A stretch of DNA of 64,000 bases from Pyrinomonadaceae bacterium (GCA_041751355.1 JBGSXN010000044.1:127-64126); one strand, 5' to 3'. Shown: positions 1 to 10,089, numbered from the stretch's first letter. Made by a program: numbers and translations. Notes: generated by a model from the sequence alone, not told the origin.

Positions 1-98
1 TCACGACGAAGAAGGTTCAATATCTCACGGGGATATTGGGGTCGGTACTTGATGTAGTTTTCGACCCGGTCGGAAAAGCGTTCAACTGTATCGCTCAT
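1..98 (-). CDS. class I SAM-dependent methyltransferase, N-terminal 32 codons only (gene continues past the left edge)
   Basis: Minus-strand ATG at 96-98 opens MSDTVERFSDRVENYIKYRPQYPREILNLLRR with no stop before position 1. FSDRxxxYxxYRPxYP is a common N-terminus of small-molecule SAM methyltransferases. It is absent from the ORF track because it has no stop in the window. Confidence 0.4.
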   Translation of the reverse strand, partial: MSDTVERFSDRVENYIKYRPQYPREILNLLRR

Positions 99-99
99 G

Positions 100-789
100 T
101 TAGTCCCCGGCCAAAAAGAAGGTCATTTTCCAAACGCCGCGTTTTTTTTCGAATCCCGCCCGATAACCGATTGGGCTGCGAACGTATTCGGCCTTGACCC
201 AGCCGCTTTTTCCGCCGAGCGTTTCCACCTTATGCCAGTCGTATTCCCAGTCCCATTCCCCCGCCCCGGTTTTTTTCTTGACGGCCACCGGTTCGTCGAT
301 CTTCACAATATTGTATGAAAGCTTGCTTATGACTCTCGCATTTTGGTTGGGCTGTTCTCTCAGATTCACGTTGTTGCCGAAGATCGCGTGATATTCAAAT
401 TGATCAAACTCAGAAGGCATCGCTGAAAACAGGTAAGGCGCCGTAAAAAACGTTCGGCGATTTCGCCCCGCACCGTCGAATGTGCCCCCATTCTTGATCA
501 CTCTCAAAAACTCGTTCCAAAATCTGGAGTCCTTGTCATTGATCTTCCAGAATTCTTTGAAATCGCTGACCCCGTCATGGCCTCCGAAACTTGATTTGAT
601 CGCCGGGTCGAGAATGCTCAGTATGTAACGAACATCCTTTCGTTCAGCCGCCGCGATGAGCTTTGCACGAAACGAGAAAAACGATGGATCCCGCCTTCCC
701 TGGTCAACCGGTCTGACAAATCGTTCCTGTGCCGGCATTGCGACCGAAAAACCCAATAAAACCAAAGTTAGCCAACTAACTCGAACCAT
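100..789 (-). CDS. secreted hypothetical protein with C-terminal bacterial SH3-like domain
   Basis: From ORF 100..873. I prefer the internal ATG at 787-789 (MVRVSWLTLVLLGFSVAMPAQE, a signal peptide), which lies 2 nt after the ubiX stop. The C-terminus NLREQPNQNARVISKLSYNIVKI...GWVKAEYV resembles SH3_3. Confidence 0.55.
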   Translation of the reverse strand: MVRVSWLTLVLLGFSVAMPAQERFVRPVDQGRRDPSFFSFRAKLIAAAERKDVRYILSILDPAIKSSFGGHDGVSDFKEFWKINDKDSRFWNEFLRVIKNGGTFDGAGRNRRTFFTAPYLFSAMPSEFDQFEYHAIFGNNVNLREQPNQNARVISKLSYNIVKIDEPVAVKKKTGAGEWDWEYDWHKVETLGGKSGWVKAEYVRSPIGYRAGFEKKRGVWKMTFFLAGD

Positions 790-791
790 TT

Positions 792-1403
792 TTAGTCCTC
801 CGCAATCTCCTCGCCTGTCCATTGCGACCTTTTTGAATGTGGGATACCGAACTGGTCCAGGATCCTGAAACACAAGTGCTCGACCAAATCGTCTATCGAC
901 TTCGGCCGATGGTAAAACCCGGGGTTTGCCGGCAATATCTGTGCTCCGGCATGAGAGAGCCTGAGCATATTTTCAAGATGAATGGCATTATAGGGCGTTT
1001 CGCGCGGAACCAGAACAAGCTTTCGGCGTTCCTTCAGGCATACGTCAGCCGCCCGATGAATCAGATTGGTCCCGGCCCCCGAAGCTATAGCCCCCAATGT
1101 ACCCATCGAACATGGAACGATTATCATTCCCTCTTGCTTGTTCGATCCCGATGAAGGTTTAGCCGCAAAGTTGTCGAGCCGCCAGTGACGAATAAGCTTT
1201 GAGTCCGCAGGTAAATTCAGCCACTCGTTGATCGACGCGGCGTCTGAGAGCTTTACACCCATTTCAACCTGCGCCACAGTTACAGCCGTTCCGGACATTA
1301 TAAAGTTGACCGTTTCGACGACTCCGCTCGCCGCCAAAAGCTGTAGCGTTCGTTGAGCATAAATTGTGCCTGACGCGCCTGTAACCGCAACAGTAATTTC
1401 CAT
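792..1403 (-). CDS. ubiX: flavin prenyltransferase UbiX
   Basis: The 203-aa protein shows VAVTGASG, IIVPCSMGTLGAIASG and KLVLVPRETP motifs typical of UbiX/Pad1. Confidence 0.9.
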   Translation of the reverse strand: MEITVAVTGASGTIYAQRTLQLLAASGVVETVNFIMSGTAVTVAQVEMGVKLSDAASINEWLNLPADSKLIRHWRLDNFAAKPSSGSNKQEGMIIVPCSMGTLGAIASGAGTNLIHRAADVCLKERRKLVLVPRETPYNAIHLENMLRLSHAGAQILPANPGFYHRPKSIDDLVEHLCFRILDQFGIPHSKRSQWTGEEIAED

Positions 1404-1602
1404 ATAGCGTATTATTCGATAATTATCGCATAGCTTTTGTGCGTTCTATAAGATACAACCGATGACATGCAAAGGTTATCCAATACAAAACATCGAGAAT
1501 GGCTAATTGGGAGCGATATGTGACCATAGCCTGCTTTTGTTCGGTCAATCGTACTAACCAGGGGGACCGCAGGGTCAGCATCGCGATAACAAGTAGGCCA
1601 TT

Positions 1603-3045
1603 ATGCTAAATAAGTTGATCACAATAATCTTTCTTTCTGTACTTCTGTCGGTCGGAGGCGCTTTTGGACAGGCGACCGGCAAAAATCCGGTAATTATCAT
1701 CCCGGGTGTTTCGGGCTCAAAGCTGGTAAATCCGAAAACCGGTAGGACGGTCTGGTTCAGCATAAGACGCGACAAGGATGACGATCTCAGGCTCCCCATG
1801 ACTTCGCCTATCCTGTCGCGAAACCGTGACAGCCTGCAGGTCGAGGACATCATTCGTTCGATCGAAGTATTGCCCATTCTTCCCGATGTTGAAGTCTATC
1901 AGAGCCTCATCGACGCGTTAGAAGCTCGCGGTTATACCGAAGCCAAGTGGGACAAACCGCAAGCGACGGATGTCTTCTATGTCTTTCCTTATGACTGGCG
2001 TCGGGATAACGTCGAGACGGCGCACATGCTGATGCAGCGAATTACCGGCGTGAAAAGGGCCCTGCGGAAACCGGGCCTGAAATTTGATATTATCGCCCAT
2101 TCCATGGGCGGCCTGATCGCCCGGTACGCTGCAATGTACGGGACGTCGCCGCTGCCGGCGAACCGGCCGGTCCCCAACTGGTCGGGTGCCGCTCACATGA
2201 ACAAGCTGATGATGTTCGGAACGCCTAATGAAGGGTCATTCCACTCGATGGATGCCCTAATGAATGGCTACCCGATCATTGCGGGCCGCAGGCTTCCCTT
2301 GATCGACAATCTCAGGCCCGAGGATGTGATGACCTCGCCGGCTGTTTACGAATTGATCCCTCATCAGTCGTCTGCACGGTTTTTGGACGAAAACCTTAAA
2401 CCGATTAACGTAGATATCTACAATGTCGACGACTGGATAAAGTACGGGTGGGGAGCGATCGCGGATCCGAAGTTTCTCGGCAAGTTGCGCGACGCCGAAC
2501 GGCTCGCTTTAAAAAATAAAGACATTAAGCCTCAGAAACCGGGAGCTAAGGATAGCTTCGAAGATCGTCTGGTTTCACAGCTTACCTTTGCGCAGGTCAA
2601 GGCGTTTATGTCATCGGCCCTTAACCGTGCCGGACGCTTTCACCGCGCGCTGAACGTTACTGTCAGATCTTCGCCCGTTCAACTGTACGCCTACGGCGGC
2701 AACTGTGAACAGACGCTCGACGCTCTCGTACTGATCCATGATGCGTCCAAAGACCGTTGGACCACACTGATAGACGCGAAAGATATAAAGACATCGTCAG
2801 GGACAGACATTAAGAAGGATGAGGTCCGCGCCGCGATGTTTGCCGAAGGCGACGGCCGGGTCACAAAGCGATCGCTTCTCGCCGAAAGTAATCTCCCTAA
2901 CATTGGCGGGCCTGACATTCAGAAAATGATCCCGCTGACCTCTTCGTTTCTCGGATGCGGAAAGCACACTAAGCTATTTCTGGAAAAGCCGATCCAGGAC
3001 AGTTTTCTAAGTGCTCTTGTCGTGGAACGACAGGCACAGCCCTAA
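1603..3045 (+). CDS. secreted alpha/beta hydrolase, LCAT/lipase-like
   Basis: Has a signal peptide, PVIIIPGVSGSKL, and the nucleophile elbow AHSMGG. The overall layout resembles lecithin:cholesterol acyltransferase-type lipases. Confidence 0.7.
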   Translation: MLNKLITIIFLSVLLSVGGAFGQATGKNPVIIIPGVSGSKLVNPKTGRTVWFSIRRDKDDDLRLPMTSPILSRNRDSLQVEDIIRSIEVLPILPDVEVYQSLIDALEARGYTEAKWDKPQATDVFYVFPYDWRRDNVETAHMLMQRITGVKRALRKPGLKFDIIAHSMGGLIARYAAMYGTSPLPANRPVPNWSGAAHMNKLMMFGTPNEGSFHSMDALMNGYPIIAGRRLPLIDNLRPEDVMTSPAVYELIPHQSSARFLDENLKPINVDIYNVDDWIKYGWGAIADPKFLGKLRDAERLALKNKDIKPQKPGAKDSFEDRLVSQLTFAQVKAFMSSALNRAGRFHRALNVTVRSSPVQLYAYGGNCEQTLDALVLIHDASKDRWTTLIDAKDIKTSSGTDIKKDEVRAAMFAEGDGRVTKRSLLAESNLPNIGGPDIQKMIPLTSSFLGCGKHTKLFLEKPIQDSFLSALVVERQAQP

Positions 3046-3050
3046 AGTGC

Positions 3051-3746
3051 TTACTTGCAATTGTTGCCGAGCCTGTAGCCGGCCTTCTCAGCTTCGGATT
3101 CGCTGGAAAACAATACCCTATATCTGGCCGGAACCGACTTATATCCTGCGCAATCGGGTCGTAGATAGTATTTTGTCCTTTTATTTCCTCTAATCTGAGC
3201 AACAATCAGTGGTTCGGGCTCCAGTGATTCCTGGATCTTGTTTACCGCACGGTATGTCCACGGGGCGACCGGGGACTTGTCCTTCCAAAGACCGATCTTG
3301 TCGTTTTTCGCCGCCACTTCTTGATCGGTGTAAAGCAGAAGATCATCATCAAGTAACTCATTTGGATACGTCCTATAGAACCAAGCGTAGCCGTAGCTGA
3401 TCTGGGAAAGAGCAATGTCCTCGCCGTCGACGATTATCTTGCCAAGTACGCGTCCGAGACCATCGGTGAACCTAAAGAAAACACGCACGTTCTTGCCCAT
3501 CACTTTTTCGATCAATTTCCGACGAGATTCGATGGCATATGGCTGCCGTCGCTCCGGAGCCGCAATTCCCTGCAATTTTACCGGGAACTTCCTTCCATTC
3601 TCCAATTTGATAAAAAACGTATCACCACTAATTACACTCGTTACGTCTCCGTCGATAAAAGGCATCAACTCCTGGCATGTTCCGACTCTGGTGATAGTTA
3701 GTAAAGTTACCAGTATGGCCGTACACGCGAAGGTGGGTCTTAGCAT
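3051..3746 (-). CDS. secreted thermonuclease (SNase family) with C-terminal Cys-containing Ada-like/sunset-type tail
   Basis: Has a signal peptide and an SNase-like core (GDTFFIKL...VKLQGIAAPE...GRVLGKIIVDGEDIALSQISYGYAW...GLWKD). The tail reads YYLRPDCAGYKSV...AGYRLGNNC. Confidence 0.75.
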   Translation of the reverse strand: MLRPTFACTAILVTLLTITRVGTCQELMPFIDGDVTSVISGDTFFIKLENGRKFPVKLQGIAAPERRQPYAIESRRKLIEKVMGKNVRVFFRFTDGLGRVLGKIIVDGEDIALSQISYGYAWFYRTYPNELLDDDLLLYTDQEVAAKNDKIGLWKDKSPVAPWTYRAVNKIQESLEPEPLIVAQIRGNKRTKYYLRPDCAGYKSVPARYRVLFSSESEAEKAGYRLGNNCK

Positions 3747-3787
3747 ATGGATTCCTCAACGCTAGGTCTTGAATACCAACTCAAGTC

Positions 3788-5236
3788 CTAGGGATTCAAA
3801 AGAATATACAGACGGTCTGCCCAATCTGACCCCGCATTTTTGAGGATCTCATAATGGACTTGCGCCATATCGCGGTTGCCCGATTTTAAGTACGCCCTAC
3901 CGAGATTATAGCGGGCCTTTTCGAGATTGGGATTGTAGTTGATCGCGCTGTTTAGCGCCTCGATGCTTTCTTCAGGCTTGTCCGTTTCCAGATAGCTCTC
4001 GCCCAGTAAATTATACGTGGACGCATCCGGTCGATAGGTCCTGAGGTTTTCGAACGCCGTAACGGCTTCGCCAAATCGCTTCTGCTTAAAGTATGCCGCT
4101 CCAAGCTTTTCCAGTGAATTTGCATGATCGGGCTTTATCGCTATTGCACGACGATAGGCAAGGATCTCTTCGTCCGTTCGGTTCAATTTCGAAAGCGTGA
4201 GCCCGAGGGAATACTGAAGTTCGGCATTGTCGCCATCGAAACGAATAGCCTGCCGATACGCATCTGCCGCCTCCTTGAATTGCCCGGTCGCGTAGCTGGA
4301 AGCCCCGATATTAATGTGGGCCTCTGCCCAGTCCGGCCGAAGCTTGGCGGCTTGCCTGGAAGCTTTCAACGCGTCAGTATGCCTTCCGATCAAGCCGTAG
4401 CTGTACCCCGCCTGATACCAGGCCTCCGCGTAATTCGGGTCGGTCTCGACGGCTTTTTCAAAGAAAGGCAATGCTCGAGCGTAATCGTCCCGCGAAAGCT
4501 GGGCCAACCCCTGCGAATAATACCGCTCGGCGGCAGAACGTTTATTCTTTTGTGTTTCGGCGGTCAATGCCGAAAAAGACTGAAGCTCGGAGATCCTGAG
4601 CTGTGAAATGCGTTCGGCAGGCACCGCAAAGTTAAGACTTTGCCCCTCGGCTGCCTGCAAGGTTGCTACCCCGATCACTTGCCCCGCCATGTTGACCACC
4701 GGGGAGCCGGACGAACCCGGTGATATCGGCGCCGTGATCTGGATGATCTTGCCATAACCCGAGATCTCTCTCACAGCCGAAACTATGCCGTTCGACACGC
4801 TGCCCTCGAGGCCGTATGGATTGCCGATAACAACGATGGATTCGCCTTCTCGAGGAGCGGAACGAACTAGCGGCAGCGGAAATGCAAGCGCTCGCGGCAC
4901 GTCAACTAACAACAAAGCCAGGTCTCCTTCACCATCGATGGCAAGAACGCCGCGAACGGGAAACTTCTTCCCGTCCATCAAATGTATCTCGACCCTTGCC
5001 GCGCGTTCGATCACGTGACGGTTTGTGATTATCCGGTCAGGTGTAACAAAAAAGCCGCTGCCCCGGGAAATAGTCGCCCCTTTGGCGTCGTAAGTCTCGA
5101 CTGCAACTGCCGACGGCTTGATCCGTTTGACCAACTCAGGCAAAAAATCCTGGCCGGCGACGGGACAAGCAAAAAACACCACAAGCAATGCGGGTAATGC
5201 CCATCTTATCGGGCTCGAAATTATTAACCTTCTCAC
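3788..5236 (-). CDS. secreted trypsin-like serine protease (S1/HtrA-like) fused to TPR repeats
   Basis: The N-terminal half shows TNRHV, DLALL and GSSGSPV catalytic-triad contexts. The C-terminal half has repeated TPR consensus (AxxxYxxAIxxxP). Confidence 0.8.
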   Translation of the reverse strand: MRRLIISSPIRWALPALLVVFFACPVAGQDFLPELVKRIKPSAVAVETYDAKGATISRGSGFFVTPDRIITNRHVIERAARVEIHLMDGKKFPVRGVLAIDGEGDLALLLVDVPRALAFPLPLVRSAPREGESIVVIGNPYGLEGSVSNGIVSAVREISGYGKIIQITAPISPGSSGSPVVNMAGQVIGVATLQAAEGQSLNFAVPAERISQLRISELQSFSALTAETQKNKRSAAERYYSQGLAQLSRDDYARALPFFEKAVETDPNYAEAWYQAGYSYGLIGRHTDALKASRQAAKLRPDWAEAHINIGASSYATGQFKEAADAYRQAIRFDGDNAELQYSLGLTLSKLNRTDEEILAYRRAIAIKPDHANSLEKLGAAYFKQKRFGEAVTAFENLRTYRPDASTYNLLGESYLETDKPEESIEALNSAINYNPNLEKARYNLGRAYLKSGNRDMAQVHYEILKNAGSDWADRLYILLNP

Positions 5237-5353
5237 TCTCTAAATTATATGTGCTTTCTACCTCGCCACCAAACATTTTCGATCCGACGTCGCCGATCAC
5301 CCTTTTTGCGCATTTACCCGAACGGGTTAGAATCGTCTAGAGCTTAGCAAATT

Positions 5354-5794
5354 ATGAAGATCGCAATTGCCGCTGACCACGCAGGTTTTTCGGAAAAGGA
5401 AAAAGTCAAACGCACTCTCGACGGCCTGGGCATTGAATACGACGACATGGGTACGTATTCCGACGATTCGGTCGACTATCCGGATTTTGCGCAAAAGGTC
5501 GCAAGGTCCGTCGCCAGCGGAGAATATGAACAGGGTTTGCTCGTATGCGGGTCCGGCACGGGAATGGCCATTGCCGCTAACAAGGTAAAAGGCGTCCGTG
5601 CCGCTGTGGCCTGGAACGAGGATATCGCTCGGCTGGCCCGTGAACACAATGATGCCAACGTCCTGGCACTCCCAGCAAGATTCACACCGGAAGGTGGCTT
5701 GGAAAAAATAGTAAAAGCCTGGTTCGCCGCTGATTTCGAAGGCGGCCGCCACGCGGCCCGGGTCGATAAGATCGAAAACAACGAAGCCTGCTGA
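5354..5794 (+). CDS. rpiB: ribose-5-phosphate isomerase B
   Basis: MKIAIAADHAGF...LVCGSGTGMAIAANKVKGVRAA...HNDANVLALPARF matches RpiB/LacAB over the full length (146 aa). Confidence 0.9.
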   Translation: MKIAIAADHAGFSEKEKVKRTLDGLGIEYDDMGTYSDDSVDYPDFAQKVARSVASGEYEQGLLVCGSGTGMAIAANKVKGVRAAVAWNEDIARLAREHNDANVLALPARFTPEGGLEKIVKAWFAADFEGGRHAARVDKIENNEAC

Positions 5795-5810
5795 TCTAGC
5801 GTTGCGAGAG

Positions 5811-6629
5811 ATGATCCTGCAGACACACATCCCGACTTCTCCGCTTAACCAATTCGTCGAGTTATTCGTCTACTTTGAACGATTTGAGCGCTCTCACACT
5901 GTCGACCGCTTCCTGCCCAACGGCGATACCGAGATACTGATAGATTTTCACGACACGCCGCAGCACATCTATGACAACAATTCGCTAAAGAAGATACAGG
6001 CGTGCAACCACGTTTGGGCATCCGGCCTCAGGACCGAACCGATCACGATTCCATCCGGAAACGGTGCCGCAATGATGGTGATCTCATTCAAGAAGGGCAT
6101 GGCGGCACCCTTTTTTCCTTTCCCGATGCAGGAGATAGTTGATTGTGTGGTTGATGCCGACCTCATTTGGGGGACCGATTTTGGCGACCTGCGTGAACGG
6201 CTTATAGATACAAAAGACGTCGGCAGGCGATTTGTGATGGTCGAAGAATTTCTCTTACGACGATTCGCGTCAAAGCTGCAGGTTAATCCCTGCGTATCGT
6301 ATGCCGTTACCGAAATGACCGAGCGGCCTGACCGCACCAGCATCGCGACGATGAACCGCAAGATTGGCTATTCCCAACGCCATTTTACAGAGATGTTTCG
6401 CCGCCAGATCGGCGTAACACCGAAGTCCTACCTAAAGATAATGCGATTTCAGAAAGCGGTTAGATCGATCGGAGATTCATCATCCCCCGATTGGGGCGAT
6501 ATTGCCGCCGATTGCGGTTTCTACGACCAGGCCCATTTCATAAACGATTTCAAGCACTTCTCCGGCTTCACACCTGAGCAGTACGCCAAGATCCGCACCA
6601 ATTACCAGAATTACATTCCTGTTGGTTAG
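5811..6629 (+). CDS. AraC family transcriptional regulator
   Basis: C-terminal AraC HTH (GYSQRHFTEMFRRQIGVTPKSYLKIMRFQKAV...GFYDQAHFINDFKHFSGFTP). I take the ATG at 5811, because the track start at 5802 is TTG. Confidence 0.8.
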   Translation: MILQTHIPTSPLNQFVELFVYFERFERSHTVDRFLPNGDTEILIDFHDTPQHIYDNNSLKKIQACNHVWASGLRTEPITIPSGNGAAMMVISFKKGMAAPFFPFPMQEIVDCVVDADLIWGTDFGDLRERLIDTKDVGRRFVMVEEFLLRRFASKLQVNPCVSYAVTEMTERPDRTSIATMNRKIGYSQRHFTEMFRRQIGVTPKSYLKIMRFQKAVRSIGDSSSPDWGDIAADCGFYDQAHFINDFKHFSGFTPEQYAKIRTNYQNYIPVG

Positions 6630-6761
6630 GAAAACTTTTTTAACCACCGGAATTAGCGAGCACTCAACTAATGCCCTTTCCCGACAAGCTGGTCGAATGC
6701 AAAGTGCGAGTTGGCGTCTAAAAGGCGTCGCCGGACACACCTCGGGGAATCGTCAAAAACC

Positions 6762-6895
6762 TTGACTTTGTACTTATGTACGGGCCTTATACTGATCGCG
6801 GGGAGATGGGAAAAAGTATGAGAATCGATGAGGTTGCCGCGAGGGCGTCCCTGTTGCTTTTCTTCTCAAAGGCTGAACACTCCCTCCGTCGCTGA
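6762..6895 (+). pseudogene. remnant of a MerR-family regulator: MerR-type promoter plus a 25-codon stub
   Basis: Positions 6762-6845 align by eye at about 85% with 13955-14037, the promoter and 5' end of the intact MerR gene. Preserved elements are TTGACT, GTAC-N4-GTAC, TATACT and ATGAGAATCGATGAGGTTGCCGC. The reading frame then diverges and stops at 6893-6895 (MRIDEVAARASLLLFFSKAEHSLRR). Confidence 0.55.
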
Positions 6896-6928
6896 GCTTG
6901 GGTAGTTCGCCCTAAAAGAATATATTCG

Positions 6929-7153
6929 ATGAACAAAATGAGATCTTCACGACTGAAACTTCTGTTGATGCTTGCGATTTTGGCTTCATGCATTGGCTGT
7001 GATCAAGCGACAAAAACTATCGCGACGCGAACACTGGCCGATAGTCCGCCGAAGTCATTTTTGGCAGGCACGGTGCGGCTTGATTATGCATTGAATCCCG
7101 GTGGTTTCCTCGGGCTTCGTACTTCAGCGGGTATGATGTTTGTTATCAATTAG
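6929..7153 (+). pseudogene. N-terminal fragment of a signal peptidase II (LspA)-like gene
   Basis: The 74-aa ORF (CDQATK...RLDYALNPGGFLGL) matches the first roughly 60 residues of LspA (DQxTK ... Y..N.GaaFg). It then diverges and stops, overlapping the convergent response-regulator gene by 4 nt. Full-length LspA is about 160 aa. Confidence 0.5.
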
Positions 7154-7863
7154 ATACCTGATAGCGACTTAAACGCTGCTCTCCTGCGTCTCGAAACCGG
7201 GATTTTTGCACCGGATTGTAAAATCGCCGTGACCGAACCTCGATGATCTCGAACAAATTGGCGGACCCTGTTTTGCTGCACAAGTGCCCGCCTGTGCGCA
7301 CGGAGGAATCCATGTTTGAGGAGCCGTCGAGCTAGTACGTAGAGCGATTCGCGCAGGAGATAACTGCGATCGCCCACCCACAATTGCGAATAATTGCCCG
7401 CGGCTTCGATCCAGTCGATATCCGCAACATCGAGAATTATCGTGCCTTTTGAAGCAGAAGCTATAATTCGCTCACTGTCGAGCCGGGCCCGGGCCACGAG
7501 GTGTCTTCTCAACCGCTCGATCGCCGCCGCAAAGCGTGCCTCGCTGACGGGTTTGACCAGGTAGTCCAGCGCTTCGACATCAAAGGCGTCGAGAGCAAAC
7601 TGGTCGTATGCGGTGAGGAAGATAACAGCCGGCATGGCCTCGGGCGTACAGCGGCGAATGACCTCGAATCCATCTATGCCGGGCATTTGGATGTCGAGAA
7701 AGATGACGTCGGGCGCCGAAACGTCAAGAGCAGCCAGAACCTGGCCGCCGTTTCTGCATGTTTTCACGATCTCGAAGTCGGGAAATGGAGCAAGCAATTG
7801 CCGAACACCCCGTCGTGCGGCGGGTTCGTCATCTGCGATCAATACTTTCCATTCAGCTCTCAT
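7150..7863 (-). CDS. LytR/AlgR (LytTR) family response regulator
   Basis: Receiver domain (VLIADDEP...DIQMPGIDGFE) followed by a C-terminal LytTR DNA-binding domain. Confidence 0.85.
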   Translation of the reverse strand: MRAEWKVLIADDEPAARRGVRQLLAPFPDFEIVKTCRNGGQVLAALDVSAPDVIFLDIQMPGIDGFEVIRRCTPEAMPAVIFLTAYDQFALDAFDVEALDYLVKPVSEARFAAAIERLRRHLVARARLDSERIIASASKGTIILDVADIDWIEAAGNYSQLWVGDRSYLLRESLYVLARRLLKHGFLRAHRRALVQQNRVRQFVRDHRGSVTAILQSGAKIPVSRRRRAAFKSLSGI

Positions 7864-9034
7864 CGTCTTCGCGTTCGATCGCTTCGCGGAAAGGAACCCT
7901 TAGGATCGCAACTGTTCCTCCGCCCTCGGCTTGAACCAGTTCCAGCGACGCATCGTTTCCGTAGAGCGAATTCAGCCTCTCGCGCGTTTGCGATATTCCG
8001 TGGCCCGTTGGAAAATCGATTCCGGGATCGATTCCCGGGCCGTCGTCCGAAACCGAAACTTCCAAATGATCGCCGTCGCGTCGTGCCTCGATCCGCAACC
8101 TTCCCGCATCCGGGTCTTTTGTGATTCCATGTCGGATCGCGTTCTCGACCAGATGCTGTATCGAAAAGCTGGGGATCATCGCGGCCATGAGCGTAGCATC
8201 TATTTCGAACTCCGGCCGCAATCTGTCGGAAAACCGCGCCTCTTCTATGGAAACATATTTTCGGACTAGCTCAAGTTCTTCGGATAAAGGAATTTCACTC
8301 GCCGTGTGGCTGCTGAGCGTGGTTCTTAACATATCGCTTAATTGTTCGACGATCCGGACGGCGGGCCGCCCTTCGTTGTCGCGGATCAGCACTGCGACGG
8401 TATTGAGCGTGTTGAAAAGAAAGTGCGGGTTGACTTGAGCTTGCAATGCAGAAAGACGGGCGGTCGCGAGTTGCTCCGATAGCCGACTGACCTCGACTTC
8501 GCGCTCGCGGGCCTCGACGAAATATCGGATCGCGTGCTCGATCCCGACAACACATAAATAGACGGCGATCCCGAACGGAAGCGTCGTAAATATCCAGCTC
8601 AGCCAGCCAAGCGTTGCCTGCCGGTAGAATTCTTCGGATTGTATTAAGGCGTATCCCGCCGCCGGATTCCACAACAGTTGCAGCAGCCCTTGGTAGACCT
8701 TGCCGAGTGTTGCCCAGGCGATACAGAATACGACCGAAAGAATTAGATGAAGGGCAACACGTCTCGCAAGAACCGGACGCACCAGCGGCCATCGTCGAGA
8801 GATCGCAAATACTCCGGGCGTGAGAAACGCGTAAAGCAGCCAGTCGCCGCTTTCCCATAACAGATCGCGATAGGAGGCCGGATCCCATCCGCTGAGGTGA
8901 GTCTGCGCAATGCGATTCACCGACGCGAAAATCGCGGGCAAGACCCATGCGGCGGACACAAACATCCACGGTTTTAAACGGCTGGTCGATTCCATGTTGA
9001 TGAGATTATCGCAGAAGCAAATTCTGTCTAACAA
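7853..9034 (-). CDS. LytS/YehU-type sensor histidine kinase
   Basis: Membrane N-terminus, the His_kinase motif NPHFLFNTLN, and HATPase_c (ENAIRHG...DDGPGI...GHGI). It overlaps the regulator gene by 11 nt. An alternative start is the ATG at 8993-8995. Confidence 0.85.
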   Translation of the reverse strand: MLDRICFCDNLINMESTSRLKPWMFVSAAWVLPAIFASVNRIAQTHLSGWDPASYRDLLWESGDWLLYAFLTPGVFAISRRWPLVRPVLARRVALHLILSVVFCIAWATLGKVYQGLLQLLWNPAAGYALIQSEEFYRQATLGWLSWIFTTLPFGIAVYLCVVGIEHAIRYFVEAREREVEVSRLSEQLATARLSALQAQVNPHFLFNTLNTVAVLIRDNEGRPAVRIVEQLSDMLRTTLSSHTASEIPLSEELELVRKYVSIEEARFSDRLRPEFEIDATLMAAMIPSFSIQHLVENAIRHGITKDPDAGRLRIEARRDGDHLEVSVSDDGPGIDPGIDFPTGHGISQTRERLNSLYGNDASLELVQAEGGGTVAILRVPFREAIEREDDES

Positions 9035-9150
9035 GGTCCGCTCGACCGCTTACGTCAAAGATCGAACCGTTCACGTAATTTCGATTGACGCCGATGAACC
9101 AAGACGCATAAACTGCCCGAAAACGACGCGAGAAACCAAGGAGAAAGACA

Positions 9151-10050
9151 ATGAAACATTTTGCGATCATTTTGCTTGTTGCGATTCTATTGGTCTCATC
9201 AGCAGTATTTGCGATTGACGAGAAGACGGATCGCTCTGCCGACGAAAAGGCGATCCGCGCGCACATCGACAAGATCATCAGGGCATACATAAACAAAGAT
9301 CGCGACACGGTAAAAGCGACTCACTCCGACAACTGGCGAGGTTTCCTGTCAGGCTCGAGAAAGATCATTCGTGGCATCGATGGATACATGGCGACCGTCG
9401 ATGGCCAGGGAGTTCTTGACAAGCGGAACAGGTGGCGCATTGTCGATTACAAGTTTGTCGATTACGACACAGTTTTCTACGGAGACACCGGTGTTGTCTC
9501 CTACATTGCCGAATTTTTCTGGCAGGACGGCGAGTGGAAAGGCTCGTACTTCCTTCGCTCGATCGATATCTACGCAAAGGAAAAGGGGGAGTGGAATCAG
9601 GTCGCCTCAAACATTGGGCCGCTTCCTGAAGAAGAGAACGCGGCAGACTCCACGCTTCGAACAATCACTACAGAAATGCGTCAACGGTTGATGAAAGCTC
9701 GTGACGATGTTTGGAGAGGATTCTTTACAAATGACACTGCAAAACTTAAGAAGCTTATTCCCAAGGAAATCGTCGCGATCAATCCCGGGAATTCGGCCTT
9801 CGACGATCAGGCGGCGATCTTTGCCGCAGCAAAAGCACAGGCAGAGAGCGGAGCAAAGCTCATCAAGCTTGAGTTCCCCCGTACTGAGATCCAGATGTAC
9901 GGCTCGACCGTCATCATGTATTCTCAATATTCATACGTGATCGAGACAAACGGCAAGTCAGAAACGTATTCCGGTCGGGCTACCGAGATCTTTGTCGTGA
10001 AAGGCGATACGATCGAGAACGTGGGATGGCATCTTGATGCAGGGAAGTGA
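9151..10050 (+). CDS. secreted protein with two NTF2-like (DUF4440/SnoaL-like) domains
   Basis: Has an SD-like AAGGAG, a signal peptide, and two repeats of the DUF4440-type pattern (IRAHIDKIIRAYINKDRD...; VWRGFFTNDTAKLKKLI...). Confidence 0.55.
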   Translation: MKHFAIILLVAILLVSSAVFAIDEKTDRSADEKAIRAHIDKIIRAYINKDRDTVKATHSDNWRGFLSGSRKIIRGIDGYMATVDGQGVLDKRNRWRIVDYKFVDYDTVFYGDTGVVSYIAEFFWQDGEWKGSYFLRSIDIYAKEKGEWNQVASNIGPLPEEENAADSTLRTITTEMRQRLMKARDDVWRGFFTNDTAKLKKLIPKEIVAINPGNSAFDDQAAIFAAAKAQAESGAKLIKLEFPRTEIQMYGSTVIMYSQYSYVIETNGKSETYSGRATEIFVVKGDTIENVGWHLDAGK

Positions 10051-10089
10051 ATCTACCGCAGTTATTGCTAAGAGAATGGGTTTAGTTTT

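Noticed and set aside
1417-1428. Perfect 12-bp palindrome CGATAATTATCG, 14 nt upstream of ubiX.
   Set aside because: It is short, AT-rich and single. This could easily be chance, and there is no second copy in the window.
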